From Lingula anatina (Eukaryota > Animalia > Brachiopoda), in NCBI GenBank assembly GCA_051362555.1, contig CM120649.1, forward strand, positions 12,958,001 through 13,022,000: a stretch of 64,000 bases of DNA. Reading direction: 5' to 3'. Each line of letters opens with the position of its first letter. The stretch's first letter is position 1. The notes below the pieces were generated by a model, which was given only the letters and a program-made list of their open reading frames with translations, ran no database searches and was not told the DNA's origin. The position numbers and the translations under genes are program-made. This document shows, piece by piece, positions 24,975 to 37,699 of the stretch.

Positions 24975-26064
24975 CATGGTCCAAGAAATCGACAAGAAGG
25001 AGCCCCTGTATTCCCTGTATTCGCCTATAACAATGTAGACTCTCCATTCCAAAACGATAACTAAACTTGTCAGTAGGTTTTTAATTATTTAAAAATTAAA
25101 GATGAGAAACTGATAATATGAACAACTTTTATTTGATACTGACATAAATATTGAAGCAGCAATTGCTGTTGTTGTTGTTATTATTATTATTCTTATTATT
25201 TTGAAAGGCACGGTTTAACAAACACTATCGTACTAGTTATAATCCATACCAAATTGGAAACGGACTACTATTAAAATTAGTTTTTACGCTAATTTCCGGA
25301 CCAAAGCATTCAACGAGTTACTCTTCATTTCACATTCGAATTAATGATTTTGATACAATAAATAATGACATTTCTCTCTAGCTGAATCATGAATTGTACC
25401 GTGTGCATGTAAGTTCATTTATTCATTTTTATGCAAATTGCAATTGAGTAACCTAATCTGATTAATTATTATCTAAACATGCTGTTCTTATTGATAGCGT
25501 GTGTCAGGATAATATGTCTATCTAAAGTCATTTTTTCCAACATCAGTCTTACAGGAACAATCTACTCATATACTCATGAGTCATGACACATTCTTATGCA
25601 TGACTCACCAAGGTCTGTATACTTTCGATCTGCACATAGCAACCATTTATCGGGAGCAAATATTGGATTAAGCCTTTCACTTTCTACAAACATCAAACAA
25701 CTTTCAACGATTCAAAAAGTGCCAATATTGACACATACGCCTCTGTATAAAGACGGTCCATAGAGCACATGCAAACCGTCACGGTAGGGCTGTGTGGTGA
25801 ACATCTGAGAAAACAACAACAACAATGTACATATGTGAAAATGTAACATTAAAACTTTGCAATTGAAAGGTATAGAAAAGATTCTCAGGCTTTTCAATAG
25901 CAATTGCACTATTGATTTTCCATGATTCATCATTGCACATCAATACAATCGTTTAGATTTATTTCACATTATTAGCACAAAGGAAGCAAAACATGACGTT
26001 CATTCCAATAATTGTTTTCCTTTCAGGTTTTCGCTTTTTCTGATCAATCCAAGCCATTCCTGCC

Positions 26065-27882
26065 ATGACGGCATATCACGAGAAAGCAAGTTTGGCAAAT
26101 AAACAATGCCACCAAATAAAACAAGTAAAAGGGAAACAGAGTAGTATTCATAATCTACATGACAGTGGTATATCTACACGTAGAAGAATTCTCAGGACAG
26201 ATAACCACAAAACCTATAATTACAGTGAACCACCCGGAGGATACAATGTGACAGACGACTGTAATCCTTACCTTCAGAAGGAAGGATCGTGCGAAATCCC
26301 ACCGGAGGTGAAGCATGCGGCGGGTGGCACCATCTCTGAACCAAGTTTGAATTCGAAGCAACATCTCCCGCGTCAGTGGCATGAACGTACAATTGAAATA
26401 AAGGAAGAACGTCTGTCGCGTCATTGGCTTGAACCTGCAAGCGAAATATTTAGCTCTCCGTGGTGGAGTCTTCCAAAACGCCGAAAAACTTTCGATTCTT
26501 TCCCAAGAACTTGTCCTGTACACGGCGAAGATTTGGCCAAGGCTGGTTTTATCTACACAAACACGTGGGACCTCGTCCAATGCCCTTTTTGTGTGGGACA
26601 GCTTATGAACTGGGGACCAGAGGACATCCCGTTCCTTGAACACAAGAGACACTTTCCATATTGCATCTTTGTCAAAGAACAAAGCAAAACACCACTGAAA
26701 GACGACTCGCACAGACAAAATGTAAGCTTTATGAACCCATTGAATACAGGCGGATCCAGAAATAAAGCACCGGATGTGACCTCACCCCAAGTCTTCATAG
26801 GCAGAAAGGACTATGTCCTCTCACAAGGGACCGGGAATCGATTCAATGAAGACACAACGGCTCCAGTCAGTTGCCCACTGTCTAAAGACATGACGGTAGA
26901 GTACAATCGCCTGGGAACATTTGACCACTGGCCTAAAGATTGCCCCATTCGTCCAGTAGAATTGGCAAGGGCTGGCTTCTACTACACTCCTCGTTCTGAC
27001 CGTGATGATCGGGCTACATGCGCTTTTTGTAATGGCAGTATTCACAAGTGGGTCAAAGGGGACACAGCATTAGGGGAGCACACCCGGTTATTCCCCGACT
27101 GTCCTTTTGTGAAAGAAAAGCAGGCCGAAGCCAGGAGTAAGGACGTCGCTCTAAATGTTTTGAAGACCATTGGAAAAGAAGAGTCGTCTGAAACGTTTTC
27201 ACACCCTAAAACATTCCCAAGAGATGTAAGCAAGTCGACCCAAGCACCAGAAGAAATCACTGGAGCTCGAAAATATGGCAAAACAAAAGGGCCCCAGGTT
27301 CCGGTCTCTAATACAAACCGTCAACACCCAAAGGAATCTGCAAAACGACGAGACCTGAACAGTTCAACAAATCTTATCCCTCTTTATCCAGAATACGTCC
27401 AGGCAAAAGATAGATTTAGCACCTTCTACGAATGGCCGGATCACAAGACCCAAAGAGCACAGGGCCTTTCCCGGGCAGGTTTCTTTTATGAGGGAAACCA
27501 GGACATTGTTCTGTGCTTCCATTGTGGAGTGGGTCTCTGCGGGTGGCAACCGGAAGAAGATCCTTGGATTGAGCATGCGCGGTGGGCTCCGACTTGCGAG
27601 TTTTTGCAAATTACGAAAGGAAGCGATTTTGCTAAAGGCGTCCAGCGAGGAATGAGCATTCAAGGAAAATCTAAGAGCGAACCAATGCCCGTCTCTGCTA
27701 AACTGGACACAAGCGAAATGGAAGCTAAGATGCTTAATCCTATTACTCAGAAGGCTATGGAGATTGGATATTCCAAAGACGTTGTGCGTAGAGTGGTCCA
27801 AAAGCGATTGGAGGACAACGGCGCCGAGTTTCCAAATTTACAGTCACTTTTAGAGGCTCTCTTGGATGGCGAGGAGCAGTAA
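26065..27882 (+). CDS. Inhibitor-of-apoptosis protein, 3 BIR + UBA, no RING, intronless CDS (605 aa)
   Basis: Three complete BIR domains with CxxC-x16-H-x6-C (CPFC..EHKRHFPYC; CAFC..EHTRLFPDC; CFHC..EHARWAPTC). IAP-type UBA (KAMEIGYSKDVVRRVVQKRL..FPNLQSLLEALL) is followed by the stop. A splice acceptor tttcag at 26021-26026 lies just upstream of the ATG. Confidence 0.93.
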   Translation: MTAYHEKASLANKQCHQIKQVKGKQSSIHNLHDSGISTRRRILRTDNHKTYNYSEPPGGYNVTDDCNPYLQKEGSCEIPPEVKHAAGGTISEPSLNSKQHLPRQWHERTIEIKEERLSRHWLEPASEIFSSPWWSLPKRRKTFDSFPRTCPVHGEDLAKAGFIYTNTWDLVQCPFCVGQLMNWGPEDIPFLEHKRHFPYCIFVKEQSKTPLKDDSHRQNVSFMNPLNTGGSRNKAPDVTSPQVFIGRKDYVLSQGTGNRFNEDTTAPVSCPLSKDMTVEYNRLGTFDHWPKDCPIRPVELARAGFYYTPRSDRDDRATCAFCNGSIHKWVKGDTALGEHTRLFPDCPFVKEKQAEARSKDVALNVLKTIGKEESSETFSHPKTFPRDVSKSTQAPEEITGARKYGKTKGPQVPVSNTNRQHPKESAKRRDLNSSTNLIPLYPEYVQAKDRFSTFYEWPDHKTQRAQGLSRAGFFYEGNQDIVLCFHCGVGLCGWQPEEDPWIEHARWAPTCEFLQITKGSDFAKGVQRGMSIQGKSKSEPMPVSAKLDTSEMEAKMLNPITQKAMEIGYSKDVVRRVVQKRLEDNGAEFPNLQSLLEALLDGEEQ

Positions 27883-30146
27883 TATAGCTGTGATGATTTG
27901 AAAAAAAAAGAAAACCCTTATCTGCAACCTTGAGAAGAGACTCAAAACACAACATAAAATATTCATTCCAAAGATCGTTTAATGATTATAATGAGTTTTA
28001 ATACTTAATCATTATTAGAATGTTATTTCAAATTTGAAATATCACAAATAAATTAAGGGCCAATAACATTGTGCAGTCCTTGTCTGTTCAGTGACGTCTT
28101 GACAGGAATTGTAGCACTAGAAGAGGAAGTCCAGGGCTGCCACATGAATAACACGGGTTAGGGTTAAATAGCAATTAGCTGTACAAAATAATCGGAAACG
28201 AACTCTGGTTCCTAGCGACAACATTCAAGGTTTTTAACATTTTTGCATTGTTTTCTATTTGTATTTATTCATTATCTACTTTTTGCTTATTCGTCCCATT
28301 AATAATATGTAACTTATACAGTAGTTATCACTGAAGGGGTCTTATTAAACTTACAATAAGTGACCAATTTATATTTAATATGTTAATATACTTTGTTTAC
28401 TATTGTTTAATATGTAATCTAATCCTTGATAATGTTTGGTATTTTTTAAAGACAATTGCACGTTTTTGTTGTTGCAGGCATTATTCTACGCGGTTATTTT
28501 TTAGATATATTAAATATTATATTTTTATAATAACATTTTTGTCGCAAATAATTTAGCTCCTGAAGTGTTTATGAAACAAACACTTAAAAAATTCACATTT
28601 AGTAGGAAATACGTTTTGAAAATCGTATTGAGAAGGATTAGAAACTACGGCAGTTTTCAATGGTTCATATTTTAAGTTACTATAGGAGTTCTGACCTTTT
28701 ATTTGACTTGATAGTCATTGTAAATATTTCATTTTCGATTCCTTTTAGTCCCTTTTTTCACTGCACATGGCGTTTATTTTGATAATGCCTGAATCACACA
28801 ATTTACAAGTACCTGTAAAATGAGATTGTAAGTTGCACTTAAATGTTATGTTCTACAGACTCCCTGATATTTCCCGCTTGATGGAAAGTTTGACAGCCAT
28901 AATCAGTGATAGAACGAAGGGTACTGACGAACACCACTGTCTGTGTATATTTTTGATGCGGAATAATGTAAACGCAATTTGCCCACTTCCTATCACGCTC
29001 TCCAGATGGCACCAGTAGTTCACCAGACACTTTCCACATTTAAGGGATAACACCTGTTCATTATGGCCAGGAAAAGTGCCGAAAACGGATTTCCCTGGGG
29101 TAAACGTCGATTTTCCTATACTTAATTACTAATTGTTATTGAATCCTTTCCGATGTTCAAAGTTAGTTCAAAGTTATGAAGGTCCACGTGGTCCGTTGGC
29201 AAGCACATATTTCATATATGTAATTCTTGTGGAATTTTGAATCCCATGTGACGGGTTGTTATCCATTTAAAACGCAAGTAAACTATTCGCCAAAAAGCAA
29301 AATAAGATAATTTAAGATTTATTTAGCCAATATTCTGAAGTATGTCATAGCTGCAATCCCTTATCCTGTAAAAGCTTATTGTTTTGTAAGCTTTTAAAAA
29401 GTTGTAAGGGTACAATGAGCTTAAGGCTTTGTGTTATAAATGGATAAGAACTGCTGATGCATAAAGTGTAATGTACATATAAATTCCAAACAGATGAAGG
29501 GCTAACTATCCCTCAACTCTGCCATTCGACAAATGGTATTAACTGCGTTATCTACCACTTACAATCCTAAGTACTGTTATCTTATTGACATTTACACTGC
29601 AAGTAGATAATGGAGTGCATTGGGACAATTGGTGTTGTCAATGGAACAATTCCATGTGATCTCTAGGCGCAAATGTTTTTTTTCTTTATAGTTCATAAGA
29701 TATAAATACCAATGATTGAATAAATTGTCCGTGTTTAATCTTTTTTTATGTACGCTTTCGTGTTATCTGGACAGCGTCGAAACAATAGCGATTCGTTTTT
29801 TTCTCAATTTTTAATCTTTTGTACTTCTAAAAAACTGCTGAGAATGTGAGAACGTGTTATATTTATCATATATGGAATATTAACCGACACCTTGAGTTTA
29901 AGATCACTAGAAACAAAACCATTAGCTGTATACCTCCGATCAGAGTGATTTACCTGCCATGGACTTATTACAATTAGGATGATAAGCATAGAAATGTGTA
30001 GTTAACTTTATATTCAGTTTGTAAACTGAGCAAGACTTAATATCCTCTCGTGTCTTTTCAATTTAAGGAACGTGTCTATACCTCTGGGGAAATCACAGTG
30101 AAACAAAAAATTAAGGAGGTGCCTGTTATTATTGTTAATAAATGGC

Positions 30147-30319
30147 CAGGCCCGTAGCCAGCAATTTCAAAAGGTTTTTTTTTCTGAAAAAGTGGACCTT
30201 TTTCCATAAAAACTTCATGTAACTAGATCAAATTTTATCCAGAGTGGACCTTTCTCCAGCAAAAGGGGAGGTTCTTTCGAACCCCCCCCCCCCCCCGAAC
30301 CCCCTTGGCTACGGGCCTG
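30147..30319 (+). mobile_element. TIR MITE family C
   Basis: Colinear with 3427-3591. Flanks AATGGC/AATGGT. Confidence 0.85.
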
Positions 30320-30649
30320 AATGGTATAAACTATGGATATCTATTTTGTATTTCTGTACCATTAATCACGTTAATAATGGTATCTGAATAACAAAGCACT
30401 GTTTATAACAAAATCAACCTGCGGTGAGGTTATCATTTGTAAATAAAAGCACTTCAGATTCTGTTTTTGATCAAAAGTGTTACGTCAAAGATGGTACGTC
30501 AGTACAATTGCCTTGTCATATTCACTGAACGGTTCTAGTGCAAATCGCAAATTCCACGGCATAAACGCCATTTAATCTGTCCCTGAAATGAATATTACAA
30601 AAAACAGATGGTGAGACACACTAGAACAAAGTGTATAGTTCCACAATGT

Positions 30650-31765
30650 TTACTTTTTACATGAGCAACGCTGCATAATTTTCTTGAAGAAGGAGCTGTA
30701 CGCTTTGCGCACTTGCTCCAGTCGTGCGCCGTACACTACCGCGTCCGCTAAGGGGTTAAGGACCGTAATAAACGCCACAGTGTCGGTGACCGTCTGCTCA
30801 ATGGACCCTTTGTCAAATATTGTCAAAAAATACAGAACCACCATTGGTGACCAGAAAACAAACAAAGTGCAAAACAACAGGCCGACAATAATGTATACAT
30901 TACTAACATCCTTCTCTCCGATTTTTGACTGGCGATTTTCCGTATGTGTTAACTGAACCCTTTGGCGTCTCACGATAACCATGAGCAACAGATACAAAAC
31001 CAAGTTTGTGAGGAACACTGTCGCCACGAAAATGCCACTGGCGACGAAGTGAGGGTCCAGATATTCCATATGCCTGTATCTATTGAAGAAAATCACCGTG
31101 CAGTCTATTTTGATCTGATTTACGACATCGGTCACAGTCGAGACGGTTAAATAGACCAGCGGTATAACGTACGTGGAAATTATCAACAATACGACAACTT
31201 TAGGTGTGAAGATCAGGCCTTGACGAAGCGGGAAGGCCACGCCCATAAACTGATCCACAACAAGCCACGTTGTAGCCAAGAACGGGAAAAGTTCACGTAT
31301 CCATTCCAAAGCAACGGAAAAATGGTACAGACATGAAAGCGGACCGCTGTCATGCCAGATTTTGACGTCATTTCCGCCATACTCATTTCCAAATGTGACG
31401 TCATACAAAGTCGTGGTACGCTCTGATGTGTCGTCATAACCATTTGCAAAGTCAGATTGAAACATTGTGCTGTTGATACCATTGTGCATTTCGGCGGTCA
31501 ACCTTGCAGCGTCCAGTGCATCGTACAACATAAGAATGAAACAAAAAATGACGTTTGAGAAGGCAAGGTTGATCAGGAGCCGCCCGGATCTTTTCTTCTT
31601 AATGGAAGAAGCACGCAGGGCACACAGGGATACCATGTTCGCTGCCCCACCAAGAGAAGCACATATGAAACCAATGATGTCCATATTTCTGGTGTACAAA
31701 TGACTGTTGTAAGGTTTCAGATTTCGCCCACCTCCGCTGTTATTTGAAAGTGTAGTGTATTCCAT
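30650..31765 (-). CDS. Intronless class-A (rhodopsin-like) GPCR, paralog 1 (371 aa)
   Basis: Seven hydrophobic segments. TM1 GGAAN, TM2 LINLAFSN, TM3 end VVDQFMGVAFPLR, TM6 FVFWSP, TM7 LNPLADAVVYG. Confidence 0.9.
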   Translation of the reverse strand: MEYTTLSNNSGGGRNLKPYNSHLYTRNMDIIGFICASLGGAANMVSLCALRASSIKKKRSGRLLINLAFSNVIFCFILMLYDALDAARLTAEMHNGINSTMFQSDFANGYDDTSERTTTLYDVTFGNEYGGNDVKIWHDSGPLSCLYHFSVALEWIRELFPFLATTWLVVDQFMGVAFPLRQGLIFTPKVVVLLIISTYVIPLVYLTVSTVTDVVNQIKIDCTVIFFNRYRHMEYLDPHFVASGIFVATVFLTNLVLYLLLMVIVRRQRVQLTHTENRQSKIGEKDVSNVYIIVGLLFCTLFVFWSPMVVLYFLTIFDKGSIEQTVTDTVAFITVLNPLADAVVYGARLEQVRKAYSSFFKKIMQRCSCKK

Positions 31766-32416
31766 TGCAATATGCCCTCTTTTCTAACAGACTGTGCATC
31801 GAATGTCATCAAACATTAAACCAAAGGCCTTCTTTAATTTGGTTGTAACAAATCTTTCTCAGACTTATGTATTTTGAGTCATAACCCCGTCTAAAAAACA
31901 CAGAAGAACGCTGGCTACGCACTTGTATTTTCCACAGCGCCAAGGAGTGCAAATTCCACTTCACGCCGATCTGGAGTTACTATGGGAACGCGTGGAGAAC
32001 CAGCAATATCAGCTACTGACCTGGGATAGACTGCTCTGTGATACGATCTCGACGTGGCTGTCAGCCGTTCAACTTCCTGCCTCTTCTCTCTGAATTGCCG
32101 TAACCTTAGTTGCCTGTTTTTTTCACAGTATTTTGCGTTTCATACATACAGTGCAAGTTAGCCCTAGCAATTAGCTTTTCGAACGCCTGTGTACACTTTG
32201 CTTTTAAAACCATTCACTGCTGGCGTTTGTAACTTATCCAAGCCAGATAGAAAACATGAAGAGGATTGTTATGCACAGGAAACTGGGACTGCGTGTACGA
32301 TCTGTAACATTGGCTTTTTAATCAAACGAAGTGTGACACATAAGGCTGCGCGAGTTAACCTAATGTACCGTGAACTGCACTGATCTGAAGTGTACCACAG
32401 AGAGTACTCCGAGATA

Positions 32417-32642
32417 GGGTGCATTCCCAGAGATTTAGATCGATCCAGGGATTTAGATTTAGATCGACCTAACTCCCTGGGGGTTCACGCTAAATTGCAG
32501 TCAGCCGAGCGCGCACTATAGTTAATTACCCACTTACAGCTTTTAGTAGGCAGGACAGACGCTTAAGCCGGCTAAGCTGACAGTAATCTAGTGAGACTCC
32601 CCACAGGGATAGATCGATCTAAAATTTATGGGAATGGGGTCA
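32417..32642 (-). mobile_element. MITE family A
   Basis: Colinear with 19149-19362 (GATCGACCTAACTCCCTGGGGGTTC ... GATAGATCGATCTAAA). Confidence 0.75.
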
Positions 32643-35266
32643 TAGAGATTGCCATCTGGTTCCCGTTGATTTGTACAGGTAAGCCGCTTCCTAGATTGTA
32701 ACTGCCTACGTCACGGTAACAGTAACCAGTATGAATCGAATGTAGGGCGAACTCTCTGTTACACAGACTCAGAGTTCTTTAACACCGACCAGTTTATTAT
32801 AAGAAAAATAAGAAAATAGAAAGACGAACAGGCTGATGTGATATGACATTCAGTAATGAACCTACAGATAATTAAGGCGGAAACGGTTTTTATTATTCTT
32901 ATGGGATTTTTTTACGTAGGTTTATACACTAAGTGAAAAAATGACCTGTATCAGATAGCAGTTGTAGTCCGCTAATAGACGGAACTTTATTTGTATTCCC
33001 TAGCCCGGTGGCTCCAAATCAGATATTACTCTCTACCAAAGGTCTTCTAACGTTAGCTGTTACAAAATCAAATTTAGGCTTAATGCAATTTTGTTACAGC
33101 TAGGAAACCACTGGGACAGTAAGATCAGCCAGAAGTGGAAGGAATTGGATCGCTTTGATTGGTACTTTGCACCTTAGTATTTTGAGGTTTCAACTTTTAC
33201 CCCTTCAACGTATACGCATACTTCACGTTCCCTGGAAGTTTGTTTGTATACGTTGAAGGGGTAAAAGTTGAATAAAAAAAGTAATAAAAGTAATAAAAAA
33301 CAGATACTGTCATTCTTAATACTGAAAAACAATGGCACCTTGCAGCCTTCACTGCCTCACTATTTGCAAACAATGTTCTAGTCACTGTCACTGTGTACTT
33401 TTGATGAGGCATAGATGCAAGGATAACTCCTTTGAATTATATTGTGGAGGTCTTTTTTGTCATCAATCTGACACATATAACCTGAATGTACATATTGCAA
33501 TTCACACCGCAGCGGCTTGTCTTAGTAAGGACTCAACCAGTTGAAAACTTGTGGCACAGTTTCAGGGACAGGATCACACAAACTACCCTTGCAGTGATGA
33601 TGGATCTACTAGTACATTATCTATTTCTTGTCCTCCTAGTTTTTCTAACACTATTTCCCCTGATCTATGCTCACATCAATCTCTACAGCTTTACCAACTT
33701 CTACGCAGTTTTTGCATCTGAAAGTATAAAGCAAAAATGTAATAAAGCACTATCAATTTACTTGTTATATATTTATATTTCAGGGCGAGAGAAAAAAGGC
33801 AGAAACCGCATATCATAATCAATATAATTGAAAATCAAATATGTATAATCAAATAGCTTTAATTGCACATACTAGTGATGATTTACTCTTTTAAAATCCA
33901 ACATGAATTTGACTCTCTCTTGTTAAAGCATGGCCACTTTATCAAAATGTGCTTGATCAAATAATAATAGTGATAATAATAATAACCTGCACACATGATG
34001 TAATGGTCAACTGCCACAAAAATGAGCTGATATGAACTTGGTAGCCTGAGAAATAATATCAGGTATTAATATGAGCAGCAATAATAGCAATAATACCACA
34101 GAGTTATCAACGACACAAGCATATGATATGGTGTTATATAGCAAAATTTCATGAATAACTTGCTGTCGCCGTGTCCTCCTCAAACTATCGTGCACATCAG
34201 CTTTTGATTTTCAATGTCATCAAAATGTTACATTGTTGCTAGTAAGATCTATGTATCTGCTATTCAAATAGTATCGTTTGGAAAATAACTAAAAAATTTA
34301 ATTATGCTTTTGCAACACGAAATTATCATTAACTTTGCCGGTTCACGTGTACACAGTACCTTGCTATCAATGCTGCTCTTTTCTCCCCAACTCGCCACTG
34401 ACAGGCTAACCACATCGTTCCAAAACAAAGTTGGCGTGATCCTTTACTTTTGGTGTTGGCAGTTTCGCCCCGGGAACATCGTCTTCGGTTAAAAACAACG
34501 TATCGTATTCACCCATCTTTGCATTGCTCCTGTACAAAATGTCCGCTTGCTGCCCCCCAAGGGAAAAATCGTAGCACGTGGGTAGTAACGCAACACCTGT
34601 GACGTATAACGCGCGCGACCTTATTACAGCAACAACTTCAGCAAGTGAATTGCAATTTAGCGAGAACCCCCTCTACCCCATCTTCGTGCCAGACATCTAA
34701 GCCGCTTAAGGTGAAAGCAATTTAGCGAGAAACCCCCTCGGAGATGGATTGATCTTGTCAGATCGATCTAGGTATGGGAACTCAGTCTTAGACAACATTT
34801 GTTTTTTTAAACATATCATGAGATAAATAATTTTTTTTAAAAAAAGTACTTCGCATTCGTTTTCGTCATATTTTCAATGGAATCGGTATGAACAGTCTGG
34901 TCCATCTTTACCTTTTGATTCGAAACAGGGAGAAATGTAACGACCAGGGTTTCACCAACGCTGTCGATCATTTTTTAATGATTTGGTGTTTTTTTTTTTT
35001 TTTTTGCCTGATTTGCCCAGTGAGGTTTCGCCATACGTCTATGTCAGTCTGTCAATTTGTTTTGGTTTGTATTGGAAATGACGATAGCAGATTACCAAGG
35101 TGAAGTTTGCTTAGAAGCATCCTGGCGTTGTGCAGATTACAGTGAAGCTGATGATTATACACGTTGGAAACAAGATGAGGCGTGTTAGTCTGTCTTATAG
35201 ATTATTTTAAGTTGTTTTGTTGGCAACAGAAATTTATTTATGTCGTGTACGAAATTGGCACAAATA

Positions 35267-36651
35267 CACACACTGGACAAAAGAAGTGTCACCCCCTAAC
35301 TCAGAGTAATAAAAGTAGGCAGATCTTGGGTACTTATAATGCCTGGTCTACTTATAATGTGACTAATGAGTATAAAACCGCTATACCATGGAATTGTATT
35401 GTTGGTCTTGTACATGTACAGCAAATTTTATTCCTGTCTTACTCCAATATGGCAAGATACAGGCAATTATCTAACGGTTATAGGTGCAAGTTATTAACCT
35501 GAAGAGGCGGAATATAAGCTATGTCAGAATATCGATACAATTGAATTGTTCAGTCAGAACCGTGCAGGGGGTCTGGTCTCGGCATAGAAACACTGGATCA
35601 AGTGACAAATTGCCTCTGATGGGTCGTCCAAGAAAAAATACTGGCCGTAAGGACCGACGACTGATTTTGATGTCCAGGTTGTCAAAGTTCGACACTGCTT
35701 GTCAGCTGACAACACAGTGGAACAATTTCACACATAAGAATGTGCCTGAGAAAATTGCTAGGCGTCGGTTACATGCTCAGAGAGTGTACAGCAGGGTAGC
35801 AAGACTGAAACCTCTTATATCGTTACAAAACAGGCAACGTAGAGTAAACTAGGGTCAACAGGATCTGGAACTGGACAGTCCATGACAATTGGTCCTATAT
35901 AGTTTTTCTGATGAGTGTCGCTTTGGTCTGACCTCAGATGACAGAGGTACTATGCTGGCAAACTGCTGGTAACGCATTTGCACCACATGCACTGAATTTT
36001 CGAACCCGGAGCAGCATATTCATCATGGTGTGGGGCTGCATCAGCATCCATGGCTTGGGCGAATTGATAGTGGTTAATGGAAACATGAATCGCTAGAAAT
36101 ATATCGATGTTTTAGAGTCAGGCTTGCTACCATCTATTGCTAACATGTTTGGTGACAGGAATTATCCATCTGTTCACCAGGATGACAATGCTCCTTGTCA
36201 CAGGCCCAGAGCAGTTGATGATTGGTTTGACCAACAGGACATTCGCAGGGTGATGTGGCCTGCCCAGAGTCCGGATGCAAACATAATAGAAAATGTGTGG
36301 ATTTATATGTCAAAACTTTTTACAAATGCCCGTCTAACCAGCAGAGAAACTCTGTTATATTCAGTGTTTCATGCTTGGGCCAGCATAAGCCCTGAACGCA
36401 TCAGACAATTATATGAATCCTTGCTTCGTAGACTGGCACCTATTATTAGGTCATGTGGCTATGCCACTAAGTACTAATTTTGGACTTGAAACTACATATT
36501 TTGGTAGAATGTATATTTTGTTCTCATTTTGTGATTTTTTTGTGAAATTTGATGTTAATAAAATGATACTAGGAGCATATCATTCCACAGTCATTTATCT
36601 CCCCCATAGTATTGGCTCAGTAGGGGTGACACTTCTTTTGTCCAGTGTGTG
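35267..36651 (+). mobile_element. Tc1/mariner DD34E transposon, full length but decayed
   Basis: ~29-bp TIRs (CACACACTGGACAAAAGAAGTGTCACCCC) flanked by TA on both sides. Transposase remnants at 35449-36477: GRPRK, FSDECRF, VWGCI, QDDNAPCH, WPAQSPDANIIENVW, with 34 residues between the second D and E. Stops at 35850 and 36094 plus frameshifts. Confidence 0.95.
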
Positions 36652-36971
36652 TATATGTACGTCAAGGGGCGTTGACTTTCTCTTCATATTTATCTTTAAT
36701 CTAACTATTGACGGTAAAATTTAAAATAAACATTCATAACTCAGAAACTGGTCTAGATCGTTATGTTCTTAACGGTGTTGGACTAGCTGTGCCTTGGTGA
36801 TTAAATAAAAAAACTGAAATATCTACAAAATTCATTTGATTATCATACAAATCTAAAGCTTTTTAAGCGCATCATATGCCTTTGAGAACTCGACCACGCC
36901 CCCACCCGCCTGCAGACATATCCACTCCATAGTTACGCTTCGGTGAATTATTCTTCGCTTATCATATCTAA

Positions 36972-37233
36972 GGGACCGTTTCCAGACCTTATCGCACTAA
37001 CTGTGGATCGATCTATCTCCGAGGGGATTCTAGCTAAGTTGCAAATCAACTTTAGCGGCTTAGATGTCTGTCTCGTCTACTGAAGCTGCTAAGGGGTAAT
37101 TTATTAACTATTGTTTAGCAGCTTTAGTAGGCGTGCCCGACATATCACCCGCTTAAGCCCAAAGCAATTTAGCGAGAAACCACTTGAAAATGGATCGATC
37201 CTGTTAGATCGATCTAGGTATGGGAACCTAGTC
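36972..37233. mobile_element. MITE related to family A (TAA-flanked). Partial sister copy at ~34650-34788, more distant relative at ~47196-47438
   Basis: Quasi-palindromic internal structure. 3' end GATCGATCTAGGTATGGGAAC is shared with 34760-34781. TAA on both sides. Confidence 0.65.
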
Positions 37234-37699
37234 TAATATGAATGAATGCACCTAGACATTTAAATGGATTGATGACAGGGATACCTGCCAACGTGGAAGC
37301 AATGGCAATTAAAGAAAAGACCACGTAACCAATGTCAAGGCACGGCAACTAGTTTTGATGCAATGGAATCAATATCTATTAATATATAATTGCTAAACAT
37401 GTTCTGGGTAGGCTAGATGACAGCCATTTGGTAAGCAGCAGGGAGAAATTAACTGCTGACACTGTCGCTGTCACAGCAAGGGCGGATCAGAGACCAGTTG
37501 AAGTTCGGGAGTGGATTTACAAGGGGCCCCTTGGAAGGAGGTTGATCGCTTCAGCACTGTGAAAAAAAAACATTTAGAGAGTAGCCAGCCTTGGTGTCTG
37601 GGTATATTTTGGCAGGGGGAAGATTAAGCGTCATACAGAAAAAAGCCCAAGTGCTATAGTTGGACGGTGGAAGACCGTTCACTCGAAGAGCACATCAAT

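Noticed and set aside
26155-27955. Several minus-strand ORFs of 66-187 aa
   Set aside because: Antisense shadows of the IAP CDS with no recognisable motifs. The same applies to the ORFs opposite the GPCR and Roco genes.
32697-33098. TGTAAC...GTTACA LTR-like ends
   Set aside because: No matching target-site duplication for any candidate end and no second copy in the window.
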